Source: Okeania sp.
Lineage (GTDB): Bacteria > Cyanobacteriota > Cyanobacteriia > Cyanobacteriales > Microcoleaceae
DNA length: 32,000 nucleotides
Assembly (NCBI RefSeq): GCF_035285525.1
Contig: NZ_JAYKGW010000168.1
Location: 37,960 to 69,959 of the forward strand
Reading direction: 5' to 3'
Position 1 is the first letter of the stretch. Each line of letters begins with the position of its first letter. This document shows positions 1 through 10,599 of the stretch, piece after piece. The notes below the pieces were generated by a model. That model searched no databases. It saw only the letters and a list, made by a program, of their open reading frames with translations, and was not told the origin of the DNA. The translations under genes were made by a program, and so were the position numbers.

Positions 1-773
1 ATGCCTATCCATTTTTTAGGAGTGGAAGAGTGGGTTGGATCGTTGGGATTTGTTGGAGTATTTGTCATTACAGTTACCAGCCTTTTCAGTTATCAGTTAT
101 CAGTTAGTTTCCTATCGGAGGAACCGCGCAATTCAGTTAGCCTCCTACGGAGGAGCTTCGCTTTTTATGTCGCGCAGCGAAACAGCTTTTTCAGTTCTTA
201 GTATATGTAATGGTACAATTATTTATTGGGAATTTGAAATAAAGTGTACCTTACAGCGATTTTTAGATTAAGGAAGGAAGAGGTGGCAGGCGGCTCCAGA
301 AACCCGGTTTCTTTGCGTCAGTCACGAGCAAGATGCACGGTTCTCGAAAAATCGCACTAATATTTTTATCCAAAAGAATGAATAGGCTTGACTTTTGCAG
401 TTTATTATGATAATACATAAGTCTAGTAGAGAATGGTACTAATATTTAACTATTAACATCTGTAGTTCTGTTAATTAAAAAACTGATAACTAACAACTGA
501 AAAAGCTGATAACTGATAAAGTGAAATGAGATTCAAGTTTTCTATTGTGAAACTAACTATTAGATTATAAATGGGAGGAACTATCAAACAACAAAAATCC
601 CTTTGCTATAATAGCAATTACACACCTGAAAACTAAAAGTCCGGTAGGGTGTGGAGCGCGAAGCGTAAGGCACCGTTTTTCATGGAAGTCTATTTCACAA
701 ATCAATTCTATAGATGGTTGTGGTGCGTTAGGCGCTAGCGCCTAACGCTACTGAATCTGAAATGACTTCTGAC

Positions 774-1448
774 TTATAATGACTCGTTGTTTTGCTGATT
801 CAGCAATTCTAGACCACGAGATGTACCCAGTCTAGTCGCACCAGCCAAAATTAGATTTGCTGCTTGCTCATAAGTTTTAATTCCTCCAGCAGCTTTAATC
901 CCAATATTAGCCTTAGTTATTTCTTTGAGCAGTTTGACATCCGTCACTGTTGCTCCACCATACCATCCTGTATTGGTGACAATAAAAGCTACACCCGCAT
1001 CCATCAAAACTTCTGTCACTAACCTTTTTTCCTCTTCAGTTAGGAATGCCATTTCCAGAATAGCTTTTACCGTCTTACCAGTTTCTTCACATATTTCTGC
1101 TATTTCTCGATGTAGTCGATCAGTTTCCCCCGTTTTAATATAAGTCAAATTAACCATCACATCTAATTCCGAAGCTCCATTTTCTACTGCTTCCAAAGCT
1201 GCATATAATTTCGTTTTACTTGTCGTTGTACCCGTAGGAAAATCAATGACTGTACAAACAGTCGGATTTTTACCATGAAGAAAATCTACTACTTGTTTCA
1301 CATAACAAGGGTATACGCAAACGGACGGAAACCGAAATTTGTCAGCTTCAGTACAAAATTTTGACACTTCCTCTGGAGTAGCGGTAATAGTTAATAAAGA
1401 GTGGTCAATAAAAGGGGCAATATCAACTTCCAGCTCCTCTAAAATCAT
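774..1448 (-). CDS. deoC: deoxyribose-phosphate aldolase
   Basis: 224-aa ORF with a DeoC-type pattern read by eye: IDHSLL near the N-terminus, VCVYP, a KAILE segment with the Schiff-base Lys context, and [10 protein letters not shown]...GATRLGTS at the C-terminus. The size is typical for DeoC. Confidence 0.85.
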   Translation of the reverse strand: MILEELEVDIAPFIDHSLLTITATPEEVSKFCTEADKFRFPSVCVYPCYVKQVVDFLHGKNPTVCTVIDFPTGTTTSKTKLYAALEAVENGASELDVMVNLTYIKTGETDRLHREIAEICEETGKTVKAILEMAFLTEEEKRLVTEVLMDAGVAFIVTNTGWYGGATVTDVKLLKEITKANIGIKAAGGIKTYEQAANLILAGATRLGTSRGLELLNQQNNESL

Positions 1449-1505
1449 TGTTTTTTTCTATCAAAATATAGGATTAAATTTACTAATTAATTTATTCCCC
1501 CTTAC

Positions 1506-1553
1506 CCCCCTTTGTCAGGGGGGAAGTCTTCAAAGTCCCCCTGACAAAGGGGG
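1506..1553. repeat. perfect 17-bp inverted repeat (CCCCCTTTGTCAGGGGG / CCCCCTGACAAAGGGGG) with a 14-nt loop, just upstream of deoC
   Basis: The arms at 1506-1522 and 1537-1553 are exact reverse complements. This looks like a member of a dispersed cyanobacterial palindromic repeat family. Confidence 0.6.
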
Positions 1554-1880
1554 ATTTAGGGGGATTGTAAATATATTTTTTAACTGTTAAGAATTGCTAT
1601 ACTAGCTAGTCATATCATGTCAGGATAATCAGCTATCAAAAAACTTTTTCTCTTTTTCGGGGTAAACGGTGAAAAAACGTAGTGCGGGCATCTTGCCCGC
1701 GAGGGTATACCTCATAACAACAGGAAGCACTGTATGTCGTTAAGCACAGCTTTTCTTTTTAGAAATAGACATCTCCAAAAGTCCAAAATAAAATCAATTG
1801 TTATCCAGAAATTATGAATTACTTCTCTATATTGCCTCCATACCTTTTTTCTGGAGATGTCTAATTGTTGAAATAATTAA

Positions 1881-2069
1881 TTAAAAATGGGAACGTCTCT
1901 TTCTTTGCTTCTGTAAGGCCATTGCTTTACGCTTCTTTTTTTCAATTGGCGTTTCAAAGTGACGATGTTTTTTCATATCTGGAAATATTCCTGCTTGAGA
2001 AACCTGACGTTTAAATCGACGTAATGCGGATTCAATTCCCTCATTTTCTCCTAAGATAACTTGCGTCAT
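1881..2069 (-). CDS. rpsU: 30S ribosomal protein S21
   Basis: 62-aa basic [32 protein letters not shown]...[10 protein letters not shown], the canonical S21 sequence pattern. Confidence 0.9.
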   Translation of the reverse strand: MTQVILGENEGIESALRRFKRQVSQAGIFPDMKKHRHFETPIEKKKRKAMALQKQRKRRSHF

Positions 2070-2560
2070 TTATCGATGATCCTCCATTCATTTAGATTTA
2101 CTATTTTTTCTAGAGCCAAATTAATTAGCCTCCGCCATTTTTATGAACTAAGACCAAATTATTTTGGCTGCTATTGCAAAAGTTTTGAAACTCTTATTTT
2201 GTTTGCTTTGTTATATTAGCACAGATTACCCACTTTTGATCATATAAATTCTAGCTTCGGAACTTCCCGTAGGGTGGGATCGCCAGGTTTCAAACTCTTG
2301 CGGAACTGCTCCGCTTTTCATGTCACACAACAAAAATCCATATTAATGAAATTTCGAGATAAAGAGGGAGTAGAGAGTAAGGAAGGCAAAAGGTAGAAGC
2401 CAGATGGTAGAAGGGAAAAAAAGTTCAAAGAAAAAAGGTTTTTTATCACTGATTATCCAGACATGATTTAATTGATAAAATACAGATTTTTTTTTCCTTT
2501 TAGTCCATCTTCTACCTTTTAAAAAGAGGTAATTATTAATTATTAATTGTTAATTATTAA

Positions 2561-3430
2561 TTATTCTTTTTCCATTTTAACAATACACTTTTGTAATTCT
2601 TGCTGCATAGTTTTTGAATCAGCATAATAACGTTGGCCGTGACCAGGTAATACCCACTCAAAATTATAGTTGATTAACTTACCCATAGAAATAACTTGTT
2701 CTGACCATGAATACCAACAATAACGACGAAAAGCATAAAGTTGATTTAAGTGATTAGACCATGCTAAATGATCTCCTGTAAATAAAAATTTTTGGTAAAG
2801 TAAAACCGTATGTCCCTTGGTGTGACCAGGTATAGGAATAATTAATAAATCTGGAGCTAGAGAAATAGGTTCTGTACCAGTTAATTTGATTTCTACATCT
2901 TCAGTATTTGGAGAAATATCGTCAATATGGAGGATGCGATTGCAATGAAAATATTCTCGAAATTTTTGATGATCTGCCACATCATCTTTATGAGTCAAAT
3001 ACATATATTTAATTCCTCCCATTGCTTCTAAACGCTTCACTAATGGAGGTAAAAATTGAGGAGAATCTACTAAAATATTTCCCTCTGGTCTAACAATAAA
3101 ATAACTAGCAGCACCGAAAGATTTTTCTGAATGATAACCACAATGATAAACATTATCTGCAACTAAAATTGGCAAAGTTTCTTGAACTTTTTTAATATCT
3201 TTGGGAGTTGCAACTGTACCAATAGAATTTGTCGGACAAGATAATAAAGCTTGCATTGCTGTTAGTCTTTCTGCTTCATTTATAGGTTGATGATAAACTG
3301 CTGATTTTTCTCCATTTCGATGAAAAATTTGTGGCGACATCCAGCGACAAGTATCACAGTCTATGCAGGTATTATCAACGTATATATCGCCATTAACATT
3401 TTCCGAGCGTCGTAATTTTAGATTAGCCAT
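2561..3430 (-). CDS. MBL-fold metallo-hydrolase with an N-terminal 4Fe-4S ferredoxin-type domain
   Basis: 289-aa ORF. The N-terminus has CIDCDTC...CPTNSIG (ferredoxin-like Cys cluster). The C-terminal part has metallo-beta-lactamase-like motifs (YLTHKDDVADH, IPGHTKGHT, TGDHL, LPGHG). Confidence 0.75.
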   Translation of the reverse strand: MANLKLRRSENVNGDIYVDNTCIDCDTCRWMSPQIFHRNGEKSAVYHQPINEAERLTAMQALLSCPTNSIGTVATPKDIKKVQETLPILVADNVYHCGYHSEKSFGAASYFIVRPEGNILVDSPQFLPPLVKRLEAMGGIKYMYLTHKDDVADHQKFREYFHCNRILHIDDISPNTEDVEIKLTGTEPISLAPDLLIIPIPGHTKGHTVLLYQKFLFTGDHLAWSNHLNQLYAFRRYCWYSWSEQVISMGKLINYNFEWVLPGHGQRYYADSKTMQQELQKCIVKMEKE

Positions 3431-3778
3431 TTTTACCTAGTAGTTGAAAAGAATAAATTATCTTTTTTAATTATAACATCCCTGTCCTCAAATATAAATT
3501 TTTGTAGCTTTATCATCAACTTCGAGAATGAAAAGATAAAATTAATTACCAGACAAAAATCATCAATTTTTCTAAATTTTAAAAAATAGTGCTATGCTTT
3601 AGTAAAACTAGGAATTTAGAAGAATATTCCGTTAATTTTTCACCTTAAATGTGAGCAAAAAATTATAACTTTTTCAAGCATTCGGAGGTAAAATCTGGCA
3701 CTTTTTTAATACCTTAAAAGGCCAAAACTTTCATATCCCAATGGTTTAAAATTTAATCAGCAAACCCTAATTATTCAT

Positions 3779-3880
3779 ACTAAATCCGGTTGAGAAAGGA
3801 GATTTACTGTGAAGGTAAGGCAGAAGAGAGAAGGATTAAAAATAAATTGGGAAAATCACCTTCTAATAACCGGATTTAGT
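3779..3880. repeat. MITE-like or hairpin element with perfect 13-bp terminal inverted repeats (ACTAAATCCGGTT / AACCGGATTTAGT)
   Basis: The arms at 3779-3791 and 3868-3880 are exact reverse complements and lie in an intergenic region. Confidence 0.5.
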
Positions 3881-3985
3881 ATTATATAGCAATCTTAAAT
3901 AAGTTGTGGCAAATCAAACAGTAAATCAAATATTTCTTCCTATTACCTATTGCCCATTCCCTCCATACCTCTTTTCTGGAGAAAT

Positions 3986-5965
3986 CTAATTCAAAGATTC
4001 TAAAAAAGTCTTGACTCCACCATCTCGACTCAAAACTAATCTGATTTTAACAGTTTTTCCACCCTCAATATTAGACACAAAAGCTTTTTCCTCTAAAGGC
4101 ATATTTGTATCACCATAAAACTCAACTGATGCTCGATTAATCGGTGTCACCTTATTAACCGTACCATCACCATTTAATAACAAAGTATATTGCAAATCCT
4201 CAGCTAAATCCGACGGTGGTTCCCAATTTTCCTCAAAATATTCTCTCACTTCTGCAACTTGAGGAATTTTATCAAGTAAAGTATATTTAGATTTCTTTTC
4301 TTCATTACTAGGTTCAACAGTAGTTGAGGTCTCACGGACAGCAACCTGGTCTACATCTTTCAATGGTGGTAAATCAATTGCTTTAGGAATATTGATCGGA
4401 ATACTACCCACATCAAAATAGGGTTTGACCTCTGTCTGATTCAGGTTTGGTTTAATATCCTGTAACGAAGTTTGATTTAGAGTAGGTTGAGTTTGCAGAC
4501 TTGGAGGTGTTTGTACAGCAACTCTAGGTTGTACTGGCGCTCCATAGTTAGGCACTGCTGCTGGAGGAAGCGGTGGTGGTGTCAATTGTGGAATTGGAGG
4601 AAGCGGTGGTGGTGTCAATTGTGGAATTGGAGGTATTGGTGGTGGTGTCACTGGTGCGAATGAAGGTATTGGTGCTGGTGTCACTGGTGCGAATGAAGGT
4701 ATTGGTGCTGGTCTCACTGGTGCGAATGAAGGTATTGGTGGTGGTGTCACTGGTGCGAAGGAAGGAATAGGTGCTGGTTTCACTGGTGCTAAGGAAGGAA
4801 TAGGTGGTGGTGTCACTGGTGCGAAGGAAGGAATAGATGGTGGTGTCACTGGTGCGAAGGAAGGAATAGGTGCTGGTCTCACTGGTGCTAAGGAAGGAAT
4901 AGCTGCTGGTCTCACTGGTGCTGCTGGAGGAACTTGTGGTAGTGTTTGTGAAGGTGCTGAGGGAACAACAAATGTAGTCGTACTACCCTGGTTTTGGGTA
5001 CTCGTAGTTCCCTGGTTTTCGATAGTGGAAGAAAAATCAGGTGCTGGTAAATTATTAGGAGGTGGTGCTGTAGGAGTTGGTTTGGGAAACAAAGGAGATG
5101 GTGTGGGAACAGGAGAAGGTTTAACTATTGTTGTTGTTGGTAAATTTGTTGGTGGAGTCGGTAATGAGGATGGAGATATTGTTGGAGTAGCTAATGGAAT
5201 AGGGGTTGGAGATGTCTGACTAGGAATTTCTTGATTATTATTGTTGGTCGCATCTGAGTTGGTCGCATCTGATGTAGCAATATTTTCTTCTTGTTTTTGC
5301 TGACTTATTGCATAACGGTTGTAGAGTTTAATTGCACCCACAGTCAAACCAGCAGTAATTAGAATGAGTATGGCAGTATGCAGCCATTCAGGAATAGATT
5401 TAACTTCATTATCAGATTGAAATTGGGGTAATGTCTGTAAATCAGTTTGAGATTCATCGAGAGCGATCGCTAAATCATATAACTGTAGCATACTCAAGGA
5501 AATAAATGTTCCTGATTCTTTGTTTCCTAGAGGCCCCAAAAATAAATCATGGGTTAATAAATCTCGTGGTTGCACATAAATATTTTGATTATCTATGGGG
5601 GGTTGGGAATCATAGTTGACAATTTTAGGATCAGAAGTTTTGATAGTATTTTCCTGAATTTTTGTCTCAGAATCTGGTGATGGTATATTGCTATCTTTTT
5701 CTAATCTCGTGTTTTCCATGTCCAAGGGTAAATTTGGAGAGTCATTTAAAAATTCTTGGACATAGGTAGTCACAACTTTGTGTAGAGTATCCAGTTCATA
5801 GCGATCTCCCTTAACTGTAATATGCTCTCCTTCTGATACCCTGGGATCGTCAAAACTTAGGGTAAAGCGTTGTTGTCTTTGTATACCAAACCATGTTAAC
5901 AACGCTAAACCTCTAGCTGTGACTTTTAATGTACAAGTTGGGGGAGTGTAAGTTCGTGAAAACAT
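3986..5965 (-). CDS. DUF4335-like cyanobacterial protein with a TM segment and a long proline-rich repeat region
   Basis: 659-aa ORF. The N-terminus (YTPPTCTLKV...FTLSFDDPR) resembles DUF4335 proteins. It has one hydrophobic segment (WLHTAILILITAGLTVGAI). There are about 10 tandem 12-aa PxPIPSFAPVTP units. The C-terminal domain is conserved-looking. Confidence 0.75.
   Translation of the reverse strand: MFSRTYTPPTCTLKVTARGLALLTWFGIQRQQRFTLSFDDPRVSEGEHITVKGDRYELDTLHKVVTTYVQEFLNDSPNLPLDMENTRLEKDSNIPSPDSETKIQENTIKTSDPKIVNYDSQPPIDNQNIYVQPRDLLTHDLFLGPLGNKESGTFISLSMLQLYDLAIALDESQTDLQTLPQFQSDNEVKSIPEWLHTAILILITAGLTVGAIKLYNRYAISQQKQEENIATSDATNSDATNNNNQEIPSQTSPTPIPLATPTISPSSLPTPPTNLPTTTIVKPSPVPTPSPLFPKPTPTAPPPNNLPAPDFSSTIENQGTTSTQNQGSTTTFVVPSAPSQTLPQVPPAAPVRPAAIPSLAPVRPAPIPSFAPVTPPSIPSFAPVTPPPIPSLAPVKPAPIPSFAPVTPPPIPSFAPVRPAPIPSFAPVTPAPIPSFAPVTPPPIPPIPQLTPPPLPPIPQLTPPPLPPAAVPNYGAPVQPRVAVQTPPSLQTQPTLNQTSLQDIKPNLNQTEVKPYFDVGSIPINIPKAIDLPPLKDVDQVAVRETSTTVEPSNEEKKSKYTLLDKIPQVAEVREYFEENWEPPSDLAEDLQYTLLLNGDGTVNKVTPINRASVEFYGDTNMPLEEKAFVSNIEGGKTVKIRLVLSRDGGVKTFLESLN
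4560..4925 (-). repeat. in-frame tandem coding repeats (33-nt x2, then 36-nt x about 8) encoding P(A/P)PIPS(F/L)APV(T/R/K)P units
   Basis: A periodic GGTGTCACTGGTGCGAA(T/G)GAAGG(T/A)AT(T/A)GGTG(C/G)TG is directly visible on the plus strand. Confidence 0.85.
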
Positions 5966-6279
5966 TTTAATTAAATATCAATTTAACATCATACCATCTA
6001 CACTTCTTAGCTATCACTATCTAGGGTTTGCTTATGGAAAGTCTTTTTGTTGAAGTAGGGAGTAGGTAGGGAAGTTCCATGCAACGTCCGTACAGAGTCA
6101 AAAAGAATAGGGAGTTATAGAGCAGGTACTCATAAAAATTATCCCTTGATTTTTCTGCCCAAATTTTACCCATAATACTAACTTTTTAAGGCTTTTTAGA
6201 CAAAAATCTGGTAATTTTGATTTTATATTGCTATAGATTAATTCTAATTAACTAATGATAGGATTAATAGTGTTTTTTT

Positions 6280-6870
6280 TTATAAAGATTCAAGACTTGA
6301 CAAAAGACGATTGCATCCTTGAGGAGCGCTATAAAATAACAAATCAACTAATAGTTTTTGAGCTAATTTTTCTGAGTTATCTAATGTTGTATTTTCACAA
6401 TTATAATAATAATTTTGATATGCTTTTTTAAAGTTACAAATATATTCTCTCAATAAAGTAACAGATTCAGGTTTACTACTTTGAGTCCCTATTTGTTCCA
6501 TTAATGCTACTGCACGACGAATTAATGCTTGATGTTGTTTCGCTAAGTGACAGATAACTAATATCAAACTTTGAGCTGTTTCTACCTTTAAAGGTTGATT
6601 TTGGAATACTAACTGTGTTTTTCCCTGGTGTTCTGTGATTACTAGAGCAAGTTCATCAACAATTTGGGGAGGTAAATTAAATTTACTGGCCAGTTGAACT
6701 ATGGACTCAGAATTAATACCTATTAAAACCTTGAGAGATAATAGTGTCATGTCCAATTTTGTTCTAATTTTGTTTAATGGAATTGTTTGGGCCAATGGAG
6801 GCTGAATAGAATCTTGTCTCTGAGGAAGTACGAAAAGTTTGGCATCACTGGGAGTTGCAGATACTACCAT
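6280..6870 (-). CDS. conserved cyanobacterial hypothetical protein (possibly DUF3038 family, which typically neighbours DUF4335 genes)
   Basis: 196-aa ORF, co-oriented with and upstream of the DUF4335-like gene. The family name comes from memory of this gene pairing and is not verified. Confidence 0.55.
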   Translation of the reverse strand: MVVSATPSDAKLFVLPQRQDSIQPPLAQTIPLNKIRTKLDMTLLSLKVLIGINSESIVQLASKFNLPPQIVDELALVITEHQGKTQLVFQNQPLKVETAQSLILVICHLAKQHQALIRRAVALMEQIGTQSSKPESVTLLREYICNFKKAYQNYYYNCENTTLDNSEKLAQKLLVDLLFYSAPQGCNRLLSSLESL

Positions 6871-7490
6871 ATTTTATACCTCTGAAAATTAAAAACTAAG
6901 CATGTCCATTGTAGTCTTAGTCAAGTAAATTGTGTCTAGTGTGGGAAAAAATTTTGTGGTTATTAGTCAAATGTAGGCCCTTGTAGAACGAAGTGAAACC
7001 CAACAAAACTTTACCGAAGAATTAATAATTAAATAATTCGCGCCTTGAAGCCTCTCCTTTAAAAGGGACAAAGCGGTCGTTTTTGCGCTTTGCTTTATAT
7101 GTCGCGCAGCGAAATGGCGCTTGAGCCGACATGAAACGCTGCGGGATATGAAAAGCGGAGCTTACCGTAGGGTGAGATGGATGGGTTCCCTAGCCATATC
7201 TAATCTCCCCTTGAGAAATAAATTTTTTCCTTTTATTCAATCCTCTTCCTTTTAGGGAGAAGTAATTATCAATTATCTATGATTGAACAGACTGATTTTT
7301 TTCTTACCTACAACATGAGAAACTTCAACAGTTAATGAACAAGTTTCACGAAAGTCAGAATAATCAACAATTATTATCTAGGGAAGAACAGCAATAATTA
7401 GAAAAATTAGCAGCAACAGAATTAGTCGCAGCAACGGAAAGAACTAGAGAGATATTGGCAAATTTGAAAAATCAGAAAATATAAATTTTA

Positions 7491-7812
7491 ATGAATCCTA
7501 GCTATCTATTTGTTGCTAAAAGAGCTAGACATCAGTGTGAATATTTTTATGCGCCAGAGGTGATTTTTAATTTAGCTTTTGAAGTTGAGCATATTATTCC
7601 TATTGCTTGGGAAAGAAATATTAAATGAGGTGCAAAACTTAGCATTAGCTTGTCGAATTTGTAATTTGAGAAAGTCAAATTTTATTCATGGAATTGATGA
7701 AGTTACTCAAGAACAAGTTCGCTACCATTTGTTTCGACTGTCAGTTTTATGTAATCAACCATTGTATCGTCTTGGATATGAAAATCTAAAAATCCCTCTT
7801 CATTCATTATGA
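7491..7812 (+). pseudogene. decayed HNH endonuclease
   Basis: Frame 3 reads MNPSYLFVAKRARHQCEYFYAPEVIFNLAFEVEHIIPIAW...stop. Frame 1 then continues ...NLALACRICNLRKSN. The two HNH halves (xxVxHIIP and NLALAC..CN..K) are split by a frameshift or stop, and the first zinc Cys pair is degraded (CEYF instead of CEYC). Confidence 0.7.
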
Positions 7813-8219
7813 ATAAAAGGTTGGAGTTATTACGAGTTGTTATACCAATTCCTAAAAGTAGTGCTAGACTGGGATCATACTTCAGTTATTAACTAATCAC
7901 CACAAACAGAATCACTTCTTTACTAATTTTAGTTAAGTTAATGTTAATTATTCTAAGGAAATGGTGCATAATGGGGCTACTTTGATACTTTTTTTCCTAT
8001 TATCTAACTTGCTCTCGTAACTCCTGACTCCTGACTCGTGTCTCCTAACCGTCACTTTTGCAAAGATACACTTAGGGGTTCTATAGAGTTAAAAAACTAT
8101 TCCGCATGAGGTTTTAAGCACTATATCTAGGGTAACAGGGTAAGTCCTGAGAATTATATCAGGAGCGAAAAATGCAGCATCAAAAAGATTTGGTAAAACT
8201 AGCAGCGTCCCTGCTGACT

Positions 8220-10028
8220 TCAGTTTTGCATGGGTAAAATTTTAGCGTTCAACCCATTATTCTGCAAAGTTCTTAATAGTTGATTAGCTTTATAACCACT
8301 CCGAAAAGCTCCTGCTTGCATTACAGATTTACCATTAATATTAGTTGAAAAAGCATCTGGAACCAGCGATCGCAACCTAGACTCCTGATCAATATTACTG
8401 ACATTGACAATTACCCTATAACGTAAACCTAAAGCTGCTGTAGGATTTTGAGAACTAGAATTTGAAGATAATCTAGACAAAGAACTAGGACTTTGATTTC
8501 TAGCAATAACTGGTGGCACATAACCTCCACTACCAAGGGGAATATTTGCCGTCGGAACAGGTAATAAATCAAGAGAAGCAACAGGTGCGTTACTCTCATT
8601 ACTTGGGGTATTTCTTGGAGGTAAATTTCGTAATCTTTCTGGTGTTTCAGTTTTTGGTCTATTCTGATAATCAGGATTAATTCGTATTATTCTTTGTGAA
8701 TTTCTGCGACGGCTTGTGGTATTATTAGAGTCTATTCTCGCTCCTCTCTGGTTTTGTGGAGGTGGAACAGGGATAGTAATCACTTCTGAGTTAGAATTTC
8801 CCCTCGCTCCTCTCTGGTTTTGTGGAGGTGGAACAGGGATAGTAATCACTTTTGAGGTTGAATTTTCTGGTCTTGGTTGGGAAATAACACCACTAGATTT
8901 GCTCCGCTCCTCTGATTTTTCTATTGTTTTTGCCTGACTTACATTTGAGGAAGAAGGAGCAACTCTCGGAGAAAGAGCAACTTTTCCATTCATGTCGATA
9001 CTGCCATAATTACGATCACCCCCTAAAGAATTTCCATAAGCAGGAATAGTTTTACCTTCAACTTCGGAATAAATATCATACTTAAAATTATGACGGATAG
9101 TATTACGCCCAGGTTCTTGAGAATTACCTAAATCCGGTAGTGATTGAGCGATCGCCTTGACTCCATTTTGTCTATTATTTTCTATATAATTACCGCGTAA
9201 AGTTGGCTTTGCATTTCCTTGAACGATAATCCCATTTTGATTTTCAATGAGACGATTTCCAATAATTTGGGGAGCAGAATCATCAGAAATATTAATTCCT
9301 ACGCCAGTATTTTGAAAGAAATTATTTCTAATTTCTGGCTGAGAATTATCATAAATTGTTATCCCACTTCTGACATTATCATAAAAACTATTTTCTTGAA
9401 TAATTGCCGTACTATTACCCACCACAGAAATTCCATTAAGACGATTACCAGTGAAAGTATTTTTACTAATAAAAGAGCCATGAGATTCTATCAATAAACC
9501 ATAACCTTGAGAATTAGGATTTGTGACAGTTACACCACTTAAAGTTGAGTCATTACCAGCAAAAATTGTAATATTTTGGCGATTTCTAGTCGGACTCTTA
9601 AAATTACCACCACCTTCAATTACAACATTTTTCCCACTATTAAAATAGTTACCTTTAATAGCAATTTTTGGCTGTAAAATCAAAGGAAAAACTTCACCTG
9701 TTTGTCTACTATAAGTTCCAGGAGCTAGTAAAATTGTGGTATTAGGTCGAGCAATTTTCAGAGCATAAGTAATAGTTTGTAAAGGAGCAGTTTTAGTGCC
9801 ATCTCCAAAATCTTTACCAATAGATGAACTAACATAAAGCACATTCGTTTGAGAATTAGTTTGAGTTTCTGGAGATTGGGCAACTTTTTGTACTAATGGT
9901 ACTGCCAAACTTGTAGAGGTAAATAACCCCAGTAAAGCTGTAGCTAAAAGAGGTGATAAATAGTTAATTTTACGCACTAAATTTGTTTGATTATTTTCTT
10001 GCCAAAAAAGGATAAATATTAGATTCAC
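8220..10028 (-). CDS. secreted DUF1565/right-handed parallel beta-helix repeat protein with a C-terminal SPOR-like domain
   Basis: 602-aa ORF with a GTG start at 10028; an alternative GTG at 9977 gives MRKINYLSPLLATALLGLFTSTSLA, a signal peptide. It has a DUF1565-type LYVSSSIGKDFGDGTKTAPLQTITYAL...ILLAPGTY motif and repeated N-x-G/I beta-helix rungs. The C-terminus (YRVIVNV...VMQAGAF...) looks SPOR-like. Confidence 0.75.
   Translation of the reverse strand: MNLIFILFWQENNQTNLVRKINYLSPLLATALLGLFTSTSLAVPLVQKVAQSPETQTNSQTNVLYVSSSIGKDFGDGTKTAPLQTITYALKIARPNTTILLAPGTYSRQTGEVFPLILQPKIAIKGNYFNSGKNVVIEGGGNFKSPTRNRQNITIFAGNDSTLSGVTVTNPNSQGYGLLIESHGSFISKNTFTGNRLNGISVVGNSTAIIQENSFYDNVRSGITIYDNSQPEIRNNFFQNTGVGINISDDSAPQIIGNRLIENQNGIIVQGNAKPTLRGNYIENNRQNGVKAIAQSLPDLGNSQEPGRNTIRHNFKYDIYSEVEGKTIPAYGNSLGGDRNYGSIDMNGKVALSPRVAPSSSNVSQAKTIEKSEERSKSSGVISQPRPENSTSKVITIPVPPPQNQRGARGNSNSEVITIPVPPPQNQRGARIDSNNTTSRRRNSQRIIRINPDYQNRPKTETPERLRNLPPRNTPSNESNAPVASLDLLPVPTANIPLGSGGYVPPVIARNQSPSSLSRLSSNSSSQNPTAALGLRYRVIVNVSNIDQESRLRSLVPDAFSTNINGKSVMQAGAFRSGYKANQLLRTLQNNGLNAKILPMQN
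8737..8868 (-). repeat. near-identical 66-nt in-frame tandem duplication (22 aa, ...EVITIPVPPPQNQRGAR...)
   Basis: CTCGCTCCTCTCTGGTTTTGTGGAGGTGGAACAGGGATAGTAATCACTT occurs at 8737 and again at 8803. Confidence 0.85.
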
Positions 10029-10439
10029 GGCTTTCGTCCTAGGACACTGTGACAGACTATTTAGAGTTTGCTGAAAAATTCTGATGGTTGAAGTAGGGAG
10101 TAGGTAGTAATTAAGAATCAGGAGGAACAGGGAGTTATAGAATAAGTCTTTATTATAGCCCCTTTATTTTTCTCTTTCATATTACCCCAAAATCCTAACT
10201 TTTTGATTTTTCGGGAACTGTGCTTTTTTTCACAGAAAAGCTGATACTTTTTCCATATCTAAAAAAGGCTAATATCATGTCCGAATAATCAATGATAAAA
10301 AACTTTTCCCTTTGAACCAATATTCCCTTCTACTTCCCCCCCTTTTTATGCCCTATGCTTTATAAACATCTTTCTTATAAAACTTGGGTATTATTGACAA
10401 CTTATGGGTTAGTCTTGGTTCGGCTTTTTCTGGGATTAC

Positions 10440-10528
10440 AGGACTTACCCAAAGGTACTATATGTAGAGTTAAAAAACTATGGCGCCATAGTTTTAAGCG
10501 CTATATCTAGGGTCGCTGCGTAAGCTCT
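10440..10528. mobile_element. MITE-like element, AGGACTTAC... family
   Basis: Terminal inverted repeats AGGACTTACCC...GCGTAAGCTCT with a conserved core TAAAAAACTATGGCGCCATAGTTTTAAG. It is the reverse complement of the copy at 11400-11489. Confidence 0.6.
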
Positions 10529-10599
10529 GATTATTTAAGTATTTTTACTTAGCTAGCATGATTGTTTCTCCCTTCTCCCCTGCTAAGAGCTCCCCCTTC

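Noticed and set aside
1-271. Track ORFs 1-201 and 35-271 (+)
   Set aside because: They run through CAGTTAT-type tandem repeats and dispersed repeat sequence. The translations are low-complexity with no start context, so these are probably non-coding.
4573-5219. Plus-strand ORFs 4573-4770 and 5025-5219
   Set aside because: They are antisense to the proline-rich repeat of the DUF4335-like gene. Their Val/Gly-rich translations are mirror artefacts of the repeat.
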